From IMG/VR virus record IMGVR_UViG_3300007623_000006, positions 47,097 through 111,096 of that record: a stretch of DNA of 64,000 nucleotides, one strand, 5' to 3'. The position numbers and the translations under genes were made by a program. Positions 20,087 through 30,747 of the stretch are shown one piece after another. The DNA comes from a virus. Position 1 is the first letter of the stretch; each line of letters starts with the position of its first letter. Under the pieces are notes generated by a model that worked only from the letters and a program-made list of their open reading frames with translations, did no database searches and had not been told where the DNA came from.

Positions 20087-21063
20087 TGACAAGTGAATTA
20101 ACTAATAGATTATTTAGAGTTGATGAAATTGACCTAAATAGTCTATTATACAACGGAGTTGAAATATCTAATTATAGAATTTCATCTGAAATAGAAAGTG
20201 AGTCATATAGTGATATCGTAGGTGACTATAGAGTAGAAATAACACCAAGTATGTTTGATGAAAATGGTGTTTGTGAGTTTAAAAGAAGTGCATTATTACC
20301 TGATATAAAAGGATATCAGTTTGTGTCTAAAGATACATATGTAACAGCTGATTTAGAAGCTGATATTGACTATTATGTAGCTCCAAATGGTAGTGATACA
20401 AATCATGGTAGGTCAAGAGATTACCCAAAGAGAAGTATAAATACAATTCCAACAGGTTCAAAAATAATGTTACTTAATGGTTCATATAGTGCTACTACAC
20501 TTATGAAAAGAGATACTAATGGTGTAACAGAAACAGAAAGATACTGTACATACACATTAATAGGTGAAACTAAAAATGGTGTTACTGTAAATTGCACTCA
20601 GTATTTTTATGACTCATATTATAATGGTTCTCTTGAAACTACATACAGAGATATGTACAGATTAAATTTATATAACTTTACTATTAGGTTCACTGCTAGT
20701 ACAGGTTATATCAGTTACCCGTATTATTATAATACTGGGGTTTACAGATATATATATTCATATAATATGAGATACATAGCTACTAGTTCTATTAGTATGT
20801 TTACCAGACAAACATCTAGATGGAGAAGTTATGAATATAATTCAACATATGTAAACACTTCTAGAGTATCTTATGGTTACTGGTATAATTATACAGATTC
20901 ACAATATGATTATTCTCCAATTTCTACAAATTATACTCAACCGTTGTTTACTATAAATGGGAATTCAGAAAATGATAATTATTATGATATTAAAGACAAT
21001 AAACTCACTATAAATACAACAAACACAGATTTTAAAAAAATAACTATAGATTTATGGGTATAG
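20086..21063 (+). CDS. Putative tail spike/receptor-binding protein with a short beta-helix-type insert
   Basis: YYVAPNGSDTNHGRSRDYPKRSI...IMLLNGSY is the usual beta-helix cap motif; Tyr-rich. Confidence 0.55.
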   Translation: MTSELTNRLFRVDEIDLNSLLYNGVEISNYRISSEIESESYSDIVGDYRVEITPSMFDENGVCEFKRSALLPDIKGYQFVSKDTYVTADLEADIDYYVAPNGSDTNHGRSRDYPKRSINTIPTGSKIMLLNGSYSATTLMKRDTNGVTETERYCTYTLIGETKNGVTVNCTQYFYDSYYNGSLETTYRDMYRLNLYNFTIRFTASTGYISYPYYYNTGVYRYIYSYNMRYIATSSISMFTRQTSRWRSYEYNSTYVNTSRVSYGYWYNYTDSQYDYSPISTNYTQPLFTINGNSENDNYYDIKDNKLTINTTNTDFKKITIDLWV

Positions 21064-21072
21064 GAGAATAAA

Positions 21073-21336
21073 ATGAAAATTTCTAAAGTAGGAAAAGAGA
21101 TAAAACCAGGGTTTTACAAATCAACATTTAGGAGTACACCAATAGAAGGTGATACACCTAAAATGAAAATTAGGTATGAAATTGAACAGAAAATATCAGA
21201 TGAAGATTATGACATTTATGATATTGTTGCTGACCTTGCTAATGCATTCAATGAATTAAAAGATGGTGTAACTGATGGTCCTGCTATGGTTAAGTGGAAT
21301 GAAAGACAGTCAGCTATAAAAGAAATCATAAAATAA
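21073..21336 (+). CDS. Small putative fibre assembly chaperone (paralog of 35828-36112)
   Basis: KMKIRYEIEQ...DIYDIVADLA vs KFKVRYHIDQ...DVFDLIADMS. Confidence 0.5.
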   Translation: MKISKVGKEIKPGFYKSTFRSTPIEGDTPKMKIRYEIEQKISDEDYDIYDIVADLANAFNELKDGVTDGPAMVKWNERQSAIKEIIK

Positions 21337-21346
21337 GGTTGTTAAA

Positions 21347-22093
21347 ATGTCAACTTTAAAAGTAAACCAGATAAATTTAAAAAAACTTATTATTTCTGGT
21401 AAAGAATATAGACCAATTTCAAATGATACAATTACATCTGATACATTTTTAAGCGACTATAAAATTATTAAAACTGATTATGATTTATTTGAGAATGGAA
21501 TATATACATATAATATAGACAGAGGTTCAGAAGATTTAGATATATTAAGATATATTATCAAGACCACAAATTATATACAAGAGTATGATGTTACATATAT
21601 AGATGACTATACATTTAGTTTTGATAATACATATATGGTATTAGAAAAAGATATGTATTTGTATGCTGACTATGGATTGAATAGAATTAAAGAAATTGAT
21701 GTAGATGGTAATATAAGTACGGTTACTCTATATGAAAAAGTTAACCAAAAATATAATATAATAGAGCCTGTATTTGAACCTTTAGTTGATGGTAAAAGAC
21801 AATCTGTTGTAAACATTTACAGAGATACTGATTACATATATGTTATGTATGATTTTTCTTATTCTACTATAACCAACAGTTTTAGTGTAACAACTACAGA
21901 AAATTTTTATAGATTTGAGTTAGATTTATATTCAGTTATAGATGAAACTAGATTAACTGTTCAATGGAACGATATTATAAATAATGATAATATAGATATA
22001 ACATCTTCTATTCTTGTTGGGAATGAATATGTTATATTACAAAACGGACAAAAATTAACACTGGATGAAACATCTAAGTGGTTAGTAAATTAA
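21347..22093 (+). CDS. Putative structural protein
   Basis: In the late operon; N-terminal LKVNQINLKKL resembles FRVDEIDLNSL of 20086. Confidence 0.55.
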   Translation: MSTLKVNQINLKKLIISGKEYRPISNDTITSDTFLSDYKIIKTDYDLFENGIYTYNIDRGSEDLDILRYIIKTTNYIQEYDVTYIDDYTFSFDNTYMVLEKDMYLYADYGLNRIKEIDVDGNISTVTLYEKVNQKYNIIEPVFEPLVDGKRQSVVNIYRDTDYIYVMYDFSYSTITNSFSVTTTENFYRFELDLYSVIDETRLTVQWNDIINNDNIDITSSILVGNEYVILQNGQKLTLDETSKWLVN

Positions 22094-22103
22094 GGGGTAG
22101 AAT

Positions 22104-22355
22104 ATGAAGAATTTTGCAGTAGATACACAACTTGAAACTATTGAATTGGGTAATGATTCGTTACAATTTCATGAAATGGTTAAAATGGTTGACGGTAAAC
22201 TGATGACAGTTAATGGTAATACAATAATTATAAACAGTTTAATTCAGGACAGACTTAGTGTAAGTGATGATGGTACAACATTACTTTTTGATGGTGCACC
22301 TATAAAAGCAGAATTAAGTGCTGCTGAAATACTTGCAGATTTACCACAAGCCTAG
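22104..22355 (+). CDS. Small structural protein
   Basis: AAGGGG SD; LSVSDDGTTLLFDGAPI fibre-type motif. Confidence 0.6.
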   Translation: MKNFAVDTQLETIELGNDSLQFHEMVKMVDGKLMTVNGNTIIINSLIQDRLSVSDDGTTLLFDGAPIKAELSAAEILADLPQA

Positions 22356-22366
22356 GAGGATTATAA

Positions 22367-22624
22367 ATGTCAATTGATAGAAAATCTGAAGTTGTTTTCA
22401 ATGAGAATGGTGTTAAATTTGTAAAAAACACATTTGTTGATGCACCGAAGAATTACACAAGAAAAGAAGCTAGAAAGAGAAAGGGTATGTTAGATACATA
22501 TTCTATCGAACAACAGCTTAATGTTATGAGAAAGGCAATTTTAACGATTGCTGAAAACGAAAATATAGATTTACCTGAACTTGAAGCAATTGAAAATCTT
22601 GCTACAGAACTTGGTATTAAATAA
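22367..22624 (+). CDS. Small hypothetical protein, possible chaperone
   Basis: AGGAGG SD; YSIEQQLN motif. Confidence 0.55.
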   Translation: MSIDRKSEVVFNENGVKFVKNTFVDAPKNYTRKEARKRKGMLDTYSIEQQLNVMRKAILTIAENENIDLPELEAIENLATELGIK

Positions 22625-22654
22625 ATATAATAGATTAAATAGGAGAAAATAAAA

Positions 22655-23170
22655 ATGAAAATTTCTAACTTTTTTGGAATTAGTTATCACTTTACACCTA
22701 GAGTGTTAAGTAATATTAACGAAACTACTGCAAGTCTTGTAGAGACTGTTACACAAGAGGGTAATAAGATTTTATTCTTTGACGGTGATATGCCAGCTGA
22801 TGATGATTTATATGGTATTTTAAATGAAATTCAATTAAGAGAAGCATACACACCAATAATGGAAGTGACTGATTTACAGTTTACATATACATATACAAAA
22901 TCAACAAAGAAAAAACTGATTAAAAAATTACCAGTTGATGCATTAGATTTAGTATTTACAGGTGATGGTACAATTGGTTGGGCTGCAGTTATTTTAACAG
23001 GTGATGGAAGTGTATCTGACGATATTATTTTATTTACTGATTCAATTGGTCAATGGGGTGATGATAATATGCCTATTATTATCGACAAATACACTGGTGT
23101 AACTGGTGATAAAAATGTATTTAAAGATTTCTCATTAATCTTAAGAGATACATCAAATAACGAAGCATAA
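22655..23170 (+). CDS. Paralog family A, copy 1 (putative virion protein)
   Basis: NFFG..P, NKILFFDGDMP, DGTIGW, FTDSIG, KDFSLILRD shared with four other ORFs; AATAAATA at 22620-27. Confidence 0.8.
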   Translation: MKISNFFGISYHFTPRVLSNINETTASLVETVTQEGNKILFFDGDMPADDDLYGILNEIQLREAYTPIMEVTDLQFTYTYTKSTKKKLIKKLPVDALDLVFTGDGTIGWAAVILTGDGSVSDDIILFTDSIGQWGDDNMPIIIDKYTGVTGDKNVFKDFSLILRDTSNNEA

Positions 23171-23181
23171 GGAGTCACAAA

Positions 23182-23970
23182 ATGAAAGTATTAGTAAACA
23201 AGACATTTAACACTGAATATTTTTCAGAGTATTTAAATACAACATTAAAACCAAATTCAAAGGTATTTTCTTCAGGTGAGTTTAAAATATATGATAACGC
23301 AACTACAGGAACAACAGTTGTAGACGGAGTTTTTCCTCAAGTATTATTCGCACCTCAATCTTATTTAGATATTATTGATGCATTAAATACAGCTTCATAT
23401 AATAATACATTAGACCTAGCAGGTTTATCATTTGATTTAGTTATAAACACATTATACGCAACAGACAGAACATCAAGAAATTATATGATTGATTACTTAT
23501 TAGGTTTAGGTTTATGTAGTGCAACACAAGCATCACAAGCAAAAAACTTAGTTTCTGTTTTAGGTTCTTTTGACCCTGCAAATATTTTAGTAGAATACAA
23601 CTCAGTTGATGATGTATATTCTTATTCATTTAATACACCAGTTGAATTATTACAGCCGTATGATGTTTCTAACAATGTTGGTGAAAGTGGATTATCAGAA
23701 AAATTATATTTAGTGATGTTAACTCAAATATCTACTGCATATGGTGATGTTCTTAATGTTAATGGTGGAACTGGTTCATATTCTCCTGTTCATAAATTCT
23801 ATAACCCAGTTTTAGACACAACTGTATTACAGTCATCTTATATTGCAACAGAATTAGGTGATATTAATGACACTGAATCAAACCCAGATTTAAAATATGA
23901 CCATATGGATAAAATTGATTATATAGATAGTTTTAGAATGAGATTCAAACTTCCAAGAGTTATCGCATAA
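23182..23970 (+). CDS. Paralog family B, copy 1
   Basis: N-terminal LVNKTFN; C-terminal SYIA...D.IDYIDSFRMRFKLPRVI. Confidence 0.8.
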   Translation: MKVLVNKTFNTEYFSEYLNTTLKPNSKVFSSGEFKIYDNATTGTTVVDGVFPQVLFAPQSYLDIIDALNTASYNNTLDLAGLSFDLVINTLYATDRTSRNYMIDYLLGLGLCSATQASQAKNLVSVLGSFDPANILVEYNSVDDVYSYSFNTPVELLQPYDVSNNVGESGLSEKLYLVMLTQISTAYGDVLNVNGGTGSYSPVHKFYNPVLDTTVLQSSYIATELGDINDTESNPDLKYDHMDKIDYIDSFRMRFKLPRVIA

Positions 23971-23999
23971 TAGCGACAAACTCTTAGGAGGGTTTAATT

Positions 24000-24500
24000 A
24001 TGGAAATAATAAACGGATATAATGGTGGCTTAAGAGTTACTCCACAAGATTGTTATGTTAGTTCAAATAATTTTGAAACATATAATGTATCTGGTGGTAG
24101 TAATAAGATTTATTTTTTTACTGATAAAAGTATAATTGATAATAATGTATTATACAATATAAACGATGAAGCTGATTTATTAAGTACATTCTCTGAAAAT
24201 TATGTTGGTTCTATTACAGGTTTTGGTTTAGATTTTTTATATAATACTAGTTTAAAGAAGAGAATAATTAAACAAAATCCTATTGATGCATTAAGATTTA
24301 CAAACGAAATAAATGGAACAATAGAATGGTGTGCTATAAGAGTAGCTACTGGTAAGTTTATTTTTTCTGATGAAATTGGTACATTTGATGTACCGTCATC
24401 TGTTAATTTAAATCAAACAAATGTAACTGCCGGTGATGAAAGTATAATGAATAGTCTAAAGTTTGAAATAAGAGATTTATCTGATGGAGAGTTGGTATGA
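24000..24500 (+). CDS. Paralog family A, copy 2
   Basis: NKIYFF, PIDAL, NGTIEW, IFSDEIG, EIRD. Confidence 0.8.
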   Translation: MEIINGYNGGLRVTPQDCYVSSNNFETYNVSGGSNKIYFFTDKSIIDNNVLYNINDEADLLSTFSENYVGSITGFGLDFLYNTSLKKRIIKQNPIDALRFTNEINGTIEWCAIRVATGKFIFSDEIGTFDVPSSVNLNQTNVTAGDESIMNSLKFEIRDLSDGELV

Positions 24501-25447
24501 TTAGTATTAATAAAAATTTAGATTTACTTAACTCTGAATATGTATTTCAAAAGAACTCTATTGGAATGGATTATTATGATTATCCTAATAATATAAAGTT
24601 TACAACATTTAAAGAGTTTAGATTTAGAGGGTATTATATTGGAGGTTCGTCTTCATCTTCAATGGCAGGTTCAAGTGTATCAATGACAGTTAGTGGCTTA
24701 AATGTACATACCAATGAATGGGAATCAATTGCTGCTTGTGTATATGTTTACACTCTAGTTTCAAACGCGTGGGGAGTATATTTTTATTTAAATGGTTCTA
24801 GACAAGGAACTAACACTGTTAAAAATGAAAATGGTAGAATTATGTGTGGGACTGTAGACTTGGGTAGTGTTGAGGATTATTCTGAATATAAAGCATCTAT
24901 ATCTTCTTCTAAGGGATATGTAGGTTTAAGTTATTTTGACGCTATTGCTGGTAATGTATCATCATTTATTTGCAATCAATCTACATTGAGTATGTTAGAA
25001 TCACTTAATACTAAATTATACCAAGGAAATGTTGAAAATTATAGTACAAAATTCATACAAGATAATGATATTATAAAAGAATCTATGTTACAGAATGGTG
25101 ATTTGTCTGAAGAAGATAATAATTCTATAAAAATTTATAAAAAGAATGTTAATTTAATACATGAATTTGACTCGGACAATTGTTCTAATAAATTGATACT
25201 ACCTACCCCTCTTTTGCTTGACGTTACATATATTGAATCTGATGGACCATTTTATTTAATTTATTTAGTTCCAAAAACTATAATTAGAGAAGATAATAGT
25301 GAGAGTATAACTCACTTAAGTTATATGAAATTTAAAATTGGTTCAATTGATGACGATACGGCCGATATAAAATTAGATTATATAAATATAATAGATATGA
25401 TAGATAAACTTTCAATGAATGTTAAACTATCAAACATAATAAATTAG
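24497..25447 (+). CDS. Paralog family B, copy 2, with an extra beta-rich insert
   Basis: ISINKN; LSYM...ADIKLDYINIIDMIDKL. Confidence 0.75.
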   Translation: MISINKNLDLLNSEYVFQKNSIGMDYYDYPNNIKFTTFKEFRFRGYYIGGSSSSSMAGSSVSMTVSGLNVHTNEWESIAACVYVYTLVSNAWGVYFYLNGSRQGTNTVKNENGRIMCGTVDLGSVEDYSEYKASISSSKGYVGLSYFDAIAGNVSSFICNQSTLSMLESLNTKLYQGNVENYSTKFIQDNDIIKESMLQNGDLSEEDNNSIKIYKKNVNLIHEFDSDNCSNKLILPTPLLLDVTYIESDGPFYLIYLVPKTIIREDNSESITHLSYMKFKIGSIDDDTADIKLDYINIIDMIDKLSMNVKLSNIIN

Positions 25448-25457
25448 GAGAGAATTT

Positions 25458-25967
25458 ATGAGAGTATTAAACTTTTATGGTACAACATCGTGTTTTGTAC
25501 CACAGAAAAATTCTTCTCTGCCGTTAGTAGAAGTAAACGCTACATATACAGGGAACAAAATGGTATTCTTTAAGGGTACTATTCCTTCGGTAGATGAATT
25601 GTATGAAATAATGTCAGAGGATGAACTAAGAATTACATATGGAGCAGATATAGTTGCAGATATTGATGGTCTTGAGTTTTCATACACACAAGATAATACA
25701 AATTTAAGAAGAACTATTGCTAAAAAAGCAGATGTTAAAGATTTACCTTACTTACAAGACGGTACAATCACATGGTGTGCAATTATTTTAAGAGAAGATG
25801 TTGCTACTACAGGAAAAAGTGCTATAATATATACTGACAGTATAGGTCTTAGAGAACAAGATGATAAATTTATTACACTTGAATCTATTACAGGTTTAGC
25901 AAATGGTACAAACTTATTAAGAGACTTTTCTATGATATTAACTGAAAAGTCAACTATGGAGTCATAA
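25458..25967 (+). CDS. Paralog family A, copy 3
   Basis: NFYG..P, NKMVFFKGTIP, DGTITW, YTDSIG, RDFSMIL. Confidence 0.8.
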   Translation: MRVLNFYGTTSCFVPQKNSSLPLVEVNATYTGNKMVFFKGTIPSVDELYEIMSEDELRITYGADIVADIDGLEFSYTQDNTNLRRTIAKKADVKDLPYLQDGTITWCAIILREDVATTGKSAIIYTDSIGLREQDDKFITLESITGLANGTNLLRDFSMILTEKSTMES

Positions 25968-25968
25968 T

Positions 25969-26583
25969 ATGTTAGCAGTAAATAAATTTTTTAATAATAA
26001 TTATAATAAAGTTTTATTAACACATTTTGTTGATAATAATGTGTCTGATGGTATGTATCTAGTTACAGGTGAATTTCTTGACATGATAGATTTGTTAAAT
26101 TCTACTGAATATAATACTGGATTTACAAGTGAGCATGGTACTCTTGTTCAAGTAATTGAAGGTTTATTTAGAGGAAATATAACAGCTCAACAAATGTTAG
26201 ATGAAGGTCATATAACAGATACTGATGGAATTCAAAGAAGACAATTTGCTGGTTACAGTAGTTCTTATAAAACTACATTATATGACGACAATGACGGTGT
26301 TATGAAAATAGTATACACACAGCCATTATCAATCACACCAGGTTTTTATAGAAACGAAGTTGACGGAACTGTTAATAGTGATTTATATATTGTATTCTTT
26401 AATAATACTACTTGTAGTTACTATAAACCAAGTGATAATTCAAACAGAATTATGACATCATATGTTGCATTTAGTGTTACAGAACAAGGTATGGGTGGTG
26501 ATATTGAACTAGACCATACAGATTTAATTGATTATTTGGATGCATTTGAAATTCAAGTTGCATTACCAAAAGAAATAGTATAA
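25969..26583 (+). CDS. Paralog family B, copy 3 (shortest)
   Basis: LAVNKFFN; SYVAFSV...GDIELDHTDLIDYLDAF...LPKEI. Confidence 0.8.
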   Translation: MLAVNKFFNNNYNKVLLTHFVDNNVSDGMYLVTGEFLDMIDLLNSTEYNTGFTSEHGTLVQVIEGLFRGNITAQQMLDEGHITDTDGIQRRQFAGYSSSYKTTLYDDNDGVMKIVYTQPLSITPGFYRNEVDGTVNSDLYIVFFNNTTCSYYKPSDNSNRIMTSYVAFSVTEQGMGGDIELDHTDLIDYLDAFEIQVALPKEIV

Positions 26584-26597
26584 GAGGAGTTTTATAA

Positions 26598-27149
26598 ATG
26601 AAAGCAAGTAATATTTTTGGAATGGCGTTTCACTTTATGCCAAGAGATTTGAGTGCAAGAAGTTCAGATACTGAAATTAGAAGAGGTGAAAATATAGTTA
26701 CACAAAATAATGTAATTTATCTTATGACAGGTGTTATGCCAGATACTGATACTTTATATGATATTAATAATATGGATGAGTTTGAGGCTGCATATGGTTC
26801 ACAACAAATTTCTAAATTTGAAGATAATGAGTTCACTTATTATTATGATAGATTAAAAAAGATTAGAACTATTCAAAAAACAGTTGACGCATTAAATTTT
26901 ACACACGATGTAGATGGTGCTGTTACATGGTTTGCAGTTAAGATGACAGATGTAGATGGTGTTCAGTACGCTGAAGATGGTGTGACTGAAGAACAAACAT
27001 TTATATTTAGTGACAGTGTTGGTACATGGTTAGATACTGATAGAGCAATGGTGCTTTCAAATAAAGAATCACAAGTTGCTGGTTCTGAAAATATTTTAAA
27101 AGATTTCGTATTAGTTATTCAGGATAAATTAACTGACGAAACTGTATAA
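26598..27149 (+). CDS. Paralog family A, copy 4
   Basis: NIFG..P, LMTGVMP, VDAL, DGAVTW, IFSDSVG, KDFVLVIQD. Confidence 0.8.
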   Translation: MKASNIFGMAFHFMPRDLSARSSDTEIRRGENIVTQNNVIYLMTGVMPDTDTLYDINNMDEFEAAYGSQQISKFEDNEFTYYYDRLKKIRTIQKTVDALNFTHDVDGAVTWFAVKMTDVDGVQYAEDGVTEEQTFIFSDSVGTWLDTDRAMVLSNKESQVAGSENILKDFVLVIQDKLTDETV

Positions 27150-27161
27150 TAGGAGTTAATT

Positions 27162-28352
27162 ATGTCAAGGTTAGTTATTAATAAGAATTTTCAAAAGAAA
27201 TATCTTAGTACTGCTTATAAAACACTAGTTGCTCCTGATGTTCCTATGCACATTTATGGGTATGAACACCCAAATGCTGGGTATAGAGGTTATTTTTATT
27301 TTGCATATACTAATGTACATGAGTTTTTGGATAGGTTGGATTATATACATAATTCTTCATACATTGAATATAACAATTATAGTTCTCCTAATGCATACTA
27401 TAGACTATTAGACGCGTTTAATGGTTCATATTGGTATGGGATTACTGGTTCGGCGGTAAGACAAGATACAGGCCTCCCAAGTAATTTATTTTTAGTAAAT
27501 GAAAGTGTGCTAAAAGTTATAGATAAAATTAATATAAAGTTAAGAGAAGGTTTAGATACATTACCAAAGGTAACAGATTATTATGCAAATTATTCTATAT
27601 CATCTTTAAGTGAAGAAGACCAAAATATATTTATGTCAAAAGAAATAAATCCGTATTGGTTAGGTCAGACATTTTTATCAAATGATAAGTCTATAAGACA
27701 TAGTGCATTTCAAGCATTTGCATATATTGGTGTAATAACAGAAGAAGAAGCAGACTTAATGAATAATATGTTTATTAGAATAAAAAAATATAGTTCTGTT
27801 GAAGATAGAAGTACTTTACTTTTTGGTGAATCTTTTATGAGGTCAGACGAGTACAACTTAGAATACAATGCTGAATCTAACACAATTGATTATGAATTAC
27901 AATCTACTGAATCTGTATATAAAGTTTGTGTTGAGAATGAGTACGATAATCTAGTTAATAATGGTTATGTTCAAAGTGTTAACAACCCTCTAAATGAACA
28001 ATTATATATAATAGATTTTGCTTATAATGACCATAAGTTTGATAGAACTAACCATGACTTTGGTACTACAGATTATTATTATGTATATAATAATAGTATT
28101 TCGTCTACTACAAGACTTGTATATAGTCATGGTGGAAGTGCTGTTGTTGATTTATATTCTGCAGCGTATTTAAAGACACCAATTAGAAAATTTTATAATG
28201 AACAAAATGGAAAAGTAGTTCCGCAGTTATCTTATATAGCATTGTCTGTTTCGGAAACTGGTCAAGGTGCTGATATTGAATTTGATAAAATAGATGAGAT
28301 TGAGTATATTGACAATCTTAAATTTAGATTTAGAATACCAAAAGAATACTAG
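27162..28352 (+). CDS. Paralog family B, copy 4 (longest)
   Basis: LVINKNFQKKYL; SYIALSV...GADIEFDKIDEIEYIDNL...IPKEY. Confidence 0.8.
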   Translation: MSRLVINKNFQKKYLSTAYKTLVAPDVPMHIYGYEHPNAGYRGYFYFAYTNVHEFLDRLDYIHNSSYIEYNNYSSPNAYYRLLDAFNGSYWYGITGSAVRQDTGLPSNLFLVNESVLKVIDKINIKLREGLDTLPKVTDYYANYSISSLSEEDQNIFMSKEINPYWLGQTFLSNDKSIRHSAFQAFAYIGVITEEEADLMNNMFIRIKKYSSVEDRSTLLFGESFMRSDEYNLEYNAESNTIDYELQSTESVYKVCVENEYDNLVNNGYVQSVNNPLNEQLYIIDFAYNDHKFDRTNHDFGTTDYYYVYNNSISSTTRLVYSHGGSAVVDLYSAAYLKTPIRKFYNEQNGKVVPQLSYIALSVSETGQGADIEFDKIDEIEYIDNLKFRFRIPKEY

Positions 28353-28361
28353 GAGATTAAA

Positions 28362-29090
28362 ATGGCAAACATAGTAATAAATAAGAATTTTAATAAGAAG
28401 TATCTTTGGAGATATGTCGACCAAACATTTAAAATAAAAACAACATACAGTAGATGGATTATAACTAATGATACATTAGATGCAACAGGAATAAACAGTT
28501 CATATAGAACTGTATTCTTGACAAATCAGACTACATTATCATTATTTGATAAAATATCTTCTCACTATAAAAACATTGATATGGGAGATTTACAAGCATA
28601 TGATTTTTTAAGTACAATAATCAATACAATGTTACAAACAGATGACGATACATATTACATTAGAGCAATGGACAAACTTGTAGCAGACGGCGCATTGACA
28701 CAAGAAGAAGCTAATTCAATATATGTTAATAAATTAACAGATGTTGTTTCTATTAATGCATCTGTTAATATTGACGGTGTTATATCATTTAGTATAATTG
28801 AACCTAACAAACTGTATAGAAGATACGAGCAAACTGTTGATAACCCTACTAATGAACAAATGTATTTATGCTTTATTCCAGAAGAGAGTGGGTATTTTAT
28901 AGGGTCTAACTATTATTCAACTCTATATCATACTGCAGTTGAAAATGAAAATGTTAAACAAAGTTTAAGATATGCTGCTATGTCTATTGGTGACACTGGT
29001 ACTGAAGATATCGTGTTTGATTATACTGGTATAATTGATTATTTAGATACATTTGAATTTAATATTAATCTTCCAAGAGTAATCTCTTAG
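28362..29090 (+). CDS. Paralog family B, copy 5
   Basis: IVINKNFNKKYL; IIDYLDTFEFNINLPRVI. Confidence 0.8.
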   Translation: MANIVINKNFNKKYLWRYVDQTFKIKTTYSRWIITNDTLDATGINSSYRTVFLTNQTTLSLFDKISSHYKNIDMGDLQAYDFLSTIINTMLQTDDDTYYIRAMDKLVADGALTQEEANSIYVNKLTDVVSINASVNIDGVISFSIIEPNKLYRRYEQTVDNPTNEQMYLCFIPEESGYFIGSNYYSTLYHTAVENENVKQSLRYAAMSIGDTGTEDIVFDYTGIIDYLDTFEFNINLPRVIS

Positions 29091-29100
29091 GAGGGTTGAT

Positions 29101-29871
29101 ATGAGACTAACAGTTAATAAAAATTTTAATAAAAAATATCTTTATAGATATACAGAATTGTTTTTTAACCAGCCAGAATTAATAACATATCATACAGGTT
29201 CATCATCTATGATATTTAGACATCCATCTATAATTTTTTCAGATTATAAAAATGACACTACAACTACAGAATGGGCATATTACAGATTTATTTGTAATCA
29301 AGATTTTATAGATGTTATGGATATAGTTAATAATATGGACAATCCAAAAAGTTATATAATTAATCAAACGCTTGTTTCTGGTAGTGATATATATAGAGAC
29401 GCAATGCTTCAGCAATTATTTGATGATAATATTATAACACAATCACAAAGAGAAAATAGTAAATTTTATCCGATTTACGGTGCACATGATTATTTATCTT
29501 CATTTAAATATAATGAAGAAAAAAATGATATTTATGTTAATTATTCACATAATACGATTTTTTCACTTGATTATAAAATAGATAATAACATCGAAGAAAA
29601 TTTATTTTTTGTATATCTTTCTAGAACAACTCCTATGTTTAGTGAAAATAAAGATTACAGTTTTCAAGTAGCTGCATATGGTGCACCTTATCATGATGTT
29701 GTTGTTCAAAGAGGTGTTGGGTTTGAGAAAAATGACGGTTCTACTAAAACTGTCGTTCCATATATAGCATTAGATATGAAATCAGACCTTGGGTTTGATT
29801 ATATTGATAAGATTACACATATAGATAATTTTTCATTTAACATTAATTTTATAAAAGAGTACACTCTTTAA
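29101..29871 (+). CDS. Paralog family B, copy 6
   Basis: LTVNKNFNKKYL; YIAL...FDYIDKITHIDNFSFNINF. Confidence 0.8.
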   Translation: MRLTVNKNFNKKYLYRYTELFFNQPELITYHTGSSSMIFRHPSIIFSDYKNDTTTTEWAYYRFICNQDFIDVMDIVNNMDNPKSYIINQTLVSGSDIYRDAMLQQLFDDNIITQSQRENSKFYPIYGAHDYLSSFKYNEEKNDIYVNYSHNTIFSLDYKIDNNIEENLFFVYLSRTTPMFSENKDYSFQVAAYGAPYHDVVVQRGVGFEKNDGSTKTVVPYIALDMKSDLGFDYIDKITHIDNFSFNINFIKEYTL

Positions 29872-29885
29872 TTACTTTTTAAAAT

Positions 29886-29907
29886 TTAAGTGAACTTATG
29901 TTATACT
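29886..29907 (+). promoter_or_regulatory. Early/middle promoter TTAAG-N11-TATACT
   Basis: Recurring motif with TGn extension, in front of the oxygenase/U32 cassette. Confidence 0.65.
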
Positions 29908-29934
29908 AAACATATTTTCACTTAAAGGCTCATA

Positions 29935-30747
29935 ATGTCAAACACAAACGACATAAAACTATACAACACAGATGAAATTTTCGCATTAAATCCTGATATG
30001 AATATTAATATTGTTAGTGCTGACGGTAAGCCAATACTTATTATAGATGATTTTTATAAAAATCCTGATTTAGTTAGAGATTTAGCAATAAACACCCCAA
30101 TACCTTCAACTAACCGGTCATATGCGTCTGGATATCCTGGTAAAAGAGGGTTATTAGGCGGTTTTATTGATAATAAACAATTTTATGAAAAAGTCAGTGA
30201 TATACTTTTAAAAAGCTTAGATATACACCATTTTGTTAAGGAAGGTACTATTTTAGACAATGGTGGTGACTTTATTGTAAATGTATTTGATAGTGAAGAG
30301 AATATATCAAATGAGAATAGATTTACCTTACCACATACTGACCCTAGTTTAGTTGCATCAGTTATATATTTAAACAAAGAGGATGAAGACCCGGTAGGAA
30401 CTGGTATATATAAACATAAATCTGGATATTCTTTCAAACCAAACAATGACGCACACTTATTTTGGATATGTAAACAAGAAGATGATTTACCACACAATTA
30501 TATGGAAGGTTTACAAACAGTAATAAAATCAATTGACTTAGCTGAAAAACAAGGTAACCATGTATTAGATGGTAACGATGAATGGGAATGTATTGCTCGT
30601 TCAACTGGTGCTTATAATCAATTTATAGGGTATGTTGCAGGTATGTTTCATTCACCATTAATAGACTACAATATATTTAAAGACAAAAATTATAAGAGAA
30701 TTAACCAAGTTATTTTTTGGGACCCAAGCAGGAGATATAATAAATGA
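29935..30747 (+). CDS. 2OG-Fe(II) oxygenase-fold protein (DUF6445-like)
   Basis: IIDDFYKNPDLVR, YPGKR, PHTD (HxD), VIYLN, GTGIY, FHSP (distal His), RINQV (2OG-binding Arg). Confidence 0.8.
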   Translation: MSNTNDIKLYNTDEIFALNPDMNINIVSADGKPILIIDDFYKNPDLVRDLAINTPIPSTNRSYASGYPGKRGLLGGFIDNKQFYEKVSDILLKSLDIHHFVKEGTILDNGGDFIVNVFDSEENISNENRFTLPHTDPSLVASVIYLNKEDEDPVGTGIYKHKSGYSFKPNNDAHLFWICKQEDDLPHNYMEGLQTVIKSIDLAEKQGNHVLDGNDEWECIARSTGAYNQFIGYVAGMFHSPLIDYNIFKDKNYKRINQVIFWDPSRRYNK

